From a virus (Duplodnaviria; Caudoviricetes), in IMG/VR virus record IMGVR_UViG_3300037603_000044, positions 1-27,371 of that record: DNA of 27,371 nt, one strand, 5' to 3'. The position numbers and the translations under genes are program-made. Shown here one piece after another: positions 24,825 through 27,371 of the stretch. The stretch's first letter is position 1. Each line of letters starts with the position of its first letter. Below the pieces are notes generated by a model that worked only from the letters and a program-made list of their open reading frames with translations, did no database searches and was not told the origin of the DNA.

Positions 24825-25138
24825 TCACCCACTCCGACCCATCCCGGCTCTCGCCCACCGCCGCCGAGCGCGTCGAGCGCATCGCGGCCGTGCTGCGCGA
24901 GCACCGCGGCGAGCCGGTGCGCCTGCAGGTCATCGTCAACCGGCTGCGGGCCGACTCGCTCGTCTCGGTCGGCAAGACGCAGGTCTGCCGGGCGCTCAAC
25001 GTGCTGCGCGATGGCTTCGGCTGGACGATCCGCCGGGGCTACTTCGGCGTGCAGCTCGAAGGCGACCCGCCCCCGCTCAGCTGGCAGCACGAACGCGACC
25101 AGGACCCCTTCGCCTGCCTGGAGGGCATCGACGCTTAG
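24821..25138 (+). CDS. Winged-HTH-like protein, 105 aa (start MITHSD)
   Basis: VGKTQVCRALNVLRDGFGWTI...GVQL pattern; ATGA coupling. Confidence 0.6.
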   Translation: MITHSDPSRLSPTAAERVERIAAVLREHRGEPVRLQVIVNRLRADSLVSVGKTQVCRALNVLRDGFGWTIRRGYFGVQLEGDPPPLSWQHERDQDPFACLEGIDA

Positions 25139-25161
25139 CAAGACACGGAAGACGCAATCGC

Positions 25162-25857
25162 ATGGACGCGACCAAGCCCAACATCCCGGACCCCGACCAG
25201 ATCGAGCGCGAGCTGGCCGCCGCCTCGGCCGAGCACGACGACGGCAAGCGGTACGTCCGCGCATCGGTCGCCGCGCGGATCATCGGCGTCGGCCCGGGCT
25301 TGCAAACGCGTTGGATCAGAGACGGCCGGATCATGCCGATGCGTTTCCGCGTCCCACGCGGCCCGCGTGCGCCACGCGGCATTTTGACTGCCTGGCCGCT
25401 GAACCAGGCCATCGTGTGCGCCCGGCGTTACTGGACCAACTCGAACCGCAAGTGGACCGAGGAAGAGGACGAGTTTCTGCTGGCCGCGCTCGGCGAGCTC
25501 GACCACGCGACCATCGCCGCGGGCCTACAACGCTCGGCGTGCGCGATCGCTCAGCGAGCGACCGACCTGGGCTACACCCAGCGCAACGCCCAGGGCCTGC
25601 TTACCACCGGCGAGGTCGCGCGGCTCTGCGGCGTGTCACGTGAGGCGGTGAACAACTGGTGCTTGAAGATGGCCCGCCCGCTTCGCTTTTCCCGCGTGCC
25701 CTCGGCCGACCGCGCGAAGCTGATCAGCACCGACGACCTGCGCGGTTTTTTCAAGGCGAACCCGGCGTCGTTTGAACGCCTCTCGAAACAAGCTCAAGCG
25801 CGGATCGATCGCGTCACGATGACGGTCCACCAACGCCGAAAGGCGGTGGCCGCATGA
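25162..25857 (+). CDS. Multi-domain DNA-binding protein (HTH + Myb-like + excisionase-type HTH), 231 aa
   Basis: KWTEEEDEFL...IAAGLQRS..AI..RA..LG; LLTTGEVARLCGVSREAVNNW. Confidence 0.8.
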   Translation: MDATKPNIPDPDQIERELAAASAEHDDGKRYVRASVAARIIGVGPGLQTRWIRDGRIMPMRFRVPRGPRAPRGILTAWPLNQAIVCARRYWTNSNRKWTEEEDEFLLAALGELDHATIAAGLQRSACAIAQRATDLGYTQRNAQGLLTTGEVARLCGVSREAVNNWCLKMARPLRFSRVPSADRAKLISTDDLRGFFKANPASFERLSKQAQARIDRVTMTVHQRRKAVAA

Positions 25858-26060
25858 CGACGACGACGGTCAAACAAAAAGCCCGCCGCCGCCCCGGTCC
25901 CTGGACACCGATCCGACCGACGATCGTGCCGTGCAGGGTGATCTACACCGACGCGCTGTGCGCCGACGTGCCGGTTCGGGAAGTCGGCCAGTCCAGCCGG
26001 CTGCGCCTCACCCCGCGCCAGCAGTGCAAGCTCGCCCCGGAAAGCGAGGCCGCCGCATGA
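25854..26060 (+). CDS. Hypothetical protein, 68 aa
   Basis: ATGA coupling on both sides. Confidence 0.6.
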   Translation: MTTTTVKQKARRRPGPWTPIRPTIVPCRVIYTDALCADVPVREVGQSSRLRLTPRQQCKLAPESEAAA

Positions 26061-26539
26061 AACGCTCCGGCTGGACCGACAAGCAAAAGCGTCTCGCGAT
26101 CATCGCGTGCCGCGACGCGCGGATCAGCAACGACCGGCGCAAGCTCATCCTGCGCCAGCTCGGCGGCCACGCGATCCCGTCGCGCGGCGGCGAGCCGACG
26201 TCGACGAGCCCGCGCCTGACCGACGCCGACTTCGAGAAGTTCATGTCCTGCGCCGAGATGTCGACGCCCGACAACCAGCTGCTCAGCTTTGCGCCGTTCT
26301 ACTGGCAGGACAAGTACATCGACGGCCCGTTCGGCCGGCTCAAGCACCGCGCCGTCAAGCTCAGCCTCGCGCTCACCGACGCGGGCGTGGAGTGGATCGG
26401 CATCGTCACCAAGGCGATCGGCCGCGACTTCGACAACCACCTGGCCAACCTCGACCAGGACGAGCTGAACAAGGCCATCGACGCGATGACCGCCGTCGGC
26501 AAGCGCCCCGCCCCCGGAAGCGGAAAGGGGGCGGCGTGA
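26057..26539 (+). CDS. GemA/Mu gp16-like (DUF1018-like) protein, 160 aa (start MKRSGW)
   Basis: ISNDRRKLILRQL..STSPRLTDADFEKFM and LDQDELNKAIDAM patterns; Mu-like context. Confidence 0.6.
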   Translation: MKRSGWTDKQKRLAIIACRDARISNDRRKLILRQLGGHAIPSRGGEPTSTSPRLTDADFEKFMSCAEMSTPDNQLLSFAPFYWQDKYIDGPFGRLKHRAVKLSLALTDAGVEWIGIVTKAIGRDFDNHLANLDQDELNKAIDAMTAVGKRPAPGSGKGAA

Positions 26540-26877
26540 ACAGCGACGACCTTCAACTGGTTTGTGAGAAGTCCGAACCGATCGGCACCGTTGGTCTGGA
26601 TCGCCAACGTCTTCGGCTCACCGGCGTCGACTTGGAGGAACTGCTGCAAGAGATCGCGCGCGGCGGCGAGGTCTGGAAACTGCTGGACCTCATCGATCGC
26701 GATGTCCTCCTTGACTACGTCGATCCCGACGGCCGTTTCGCCAACCTCGAAGACGAGGTCGAGGAATTGACAGACCAGCTCATCTTCGCACGCCGACAGC
26801 TGGACAAGCTCAAGCAGAACAACAAGCCAACGAAAGACGAGACGCCAGTCGACCAGGCGGGGAGGGCACAGCGATGA
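26536..26877 (+). CDS. Hypothetical protein with C-terminal coiled coil, 113 aa (start GTG, MNSDDL)
   Basis: AAAGGGGG RBS, GTGA coupling. Confidence 0.65.
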   Translation: MNSDDLQLVCEKSEPIGTVGLDRQRLRLTGVDLEELLQEIARGGEVWKLLDLIDRDVLLDYVDPDGRFANLEDEVEELTDQLIFARRQLDKLKQNNKPTKDETPVDQAGRAQR

Positions 26878-27116
26878 CCCCGGCCCTCGAACAATTCGTG
26901 ATCGATTCCTTCGCCGTCGGCGACCTGATCGTCTTCGCCGCGACCCAGGCGAACCGGGACGAGGGCTTGGTCAATCGTCACGGCGTCGTGCGCGCGGTGC
27001 GCTACCAACACGACTGCGGCGGCGACCTGCCGCGCTACGACGTCGAGGCCGACTTCCTCAACACGATCTTTATTAAAGTCCACCCCAGCCACCTGATCAA
27101 GGACCGGATCGCATGA
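26874..27116 (+). CDS. Hypothetical protein, 80 aa (SH3-like pattern)
   Basis: GGAGG RBS; FAVGDLI...GVVRAV...RYDVE. Confidence 0.65.
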   Translation: MTPALEQFVIDSFAVGDLIVFAATQANRDEGLVNRHGVVRAVRYQHDCGGDLPRYDVEADFLNTIFIKVHPSHLIKDRIA

Positions 27117-27334
27117 GAGTACAAGACGCCGTGCAACAAGTGATGACCGAACTGTCCAAGACGACAGACAAGGCCGTGCCGATCGCGTCGCCACACGAGG
27201 GCTACGCCTTCCTTAAAGACGAACTCGATGACCTCTACGAAGCGGTCCGCACGAACAGCGGCAAGCCACATCAACGCGCAGAGGCCAAGCACATCGCAGC
27301 GATGGCAATCCGCTTCATGATCGACTGTACATAA
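27113..27334 (+). CDS. MazG-like all-alpha nucleotide pyrophosphatase, 73 aa
   Basis: SPHEGYAFLKDELDDLYEAV...EAKHIAAMAIRF. Confidence 0.65.
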   Translation: MRVQDAVQQVMTELSKTTDKAVPIASPHEGYAFLKDELDDLYEAVRTNSGKPHQRAEAKHIAAMAIRFMIDCT

Positions 27335-27371
27335 ACGACGCTATAGGCCTATCCAATGAATACGCAGGCAA

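Larger units (their letters stand above)
1..27371. mobile_element. Mu-like transposable prophage (partial; ends outside window), divergent late and early arms
   Basis: DDE transposase plus adjacent AAA ATPase, GemA-like gene, Mu gp25-28-like block, head and tail genes. Confidence 0.93.

Noticed and set aside
20160-26540. Recurrent AAGGGGGC/GGAGG motifs at early gene ends
   Set aside because: Ordinary Shine-Dalgarno sequences of translationally coupled genes
1-27371. CRISPR array, tRNA/rRNA, DGR or reverse transcriptase, invertase, prophage termini
   Set aside because: No regularly spaced repeats, RNA gene signatures, RT/recombinase motifs or end repeats seen

Overview
High-GC window lying entirely within a transposable (Mu-like) prophage; neither end is visible. 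Left ~16.4 kb (minus strand) is the late operon: a CsrA-like gene, small genes, a lipoprotein, Mu gp25/26/27-like genes, large terminase, an HK97-type portal fused to a MuF domain, prohead protease, HK97-fold capsid, decoration, neck, tail-tube-like, tape measure and tail genes. Right ~8.3 kb (plus strand) is the early operon: DDE transposase, MuB-like ATPase, HTH proteins, GemA-like and MazG-like genes. The centre holds an AT-richer two-gene moron (2TM-GAF-like plus DUF2283-like), an ImmA/IrrE-like metallopeptidase, a ribbon-helix-helix repressor candidate and a symmetric divergent promoter switch. Most notable: a structured non-coding early RNA (19315-19380) with bipartite complementarity to the terminator-containing late leader, a tandem CsrA-like protein, at least 12 copies of CCCCCGGAAG, and the moron as a possible defence system. 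Product calls come from motif recognition and synteny only; no searches were run.
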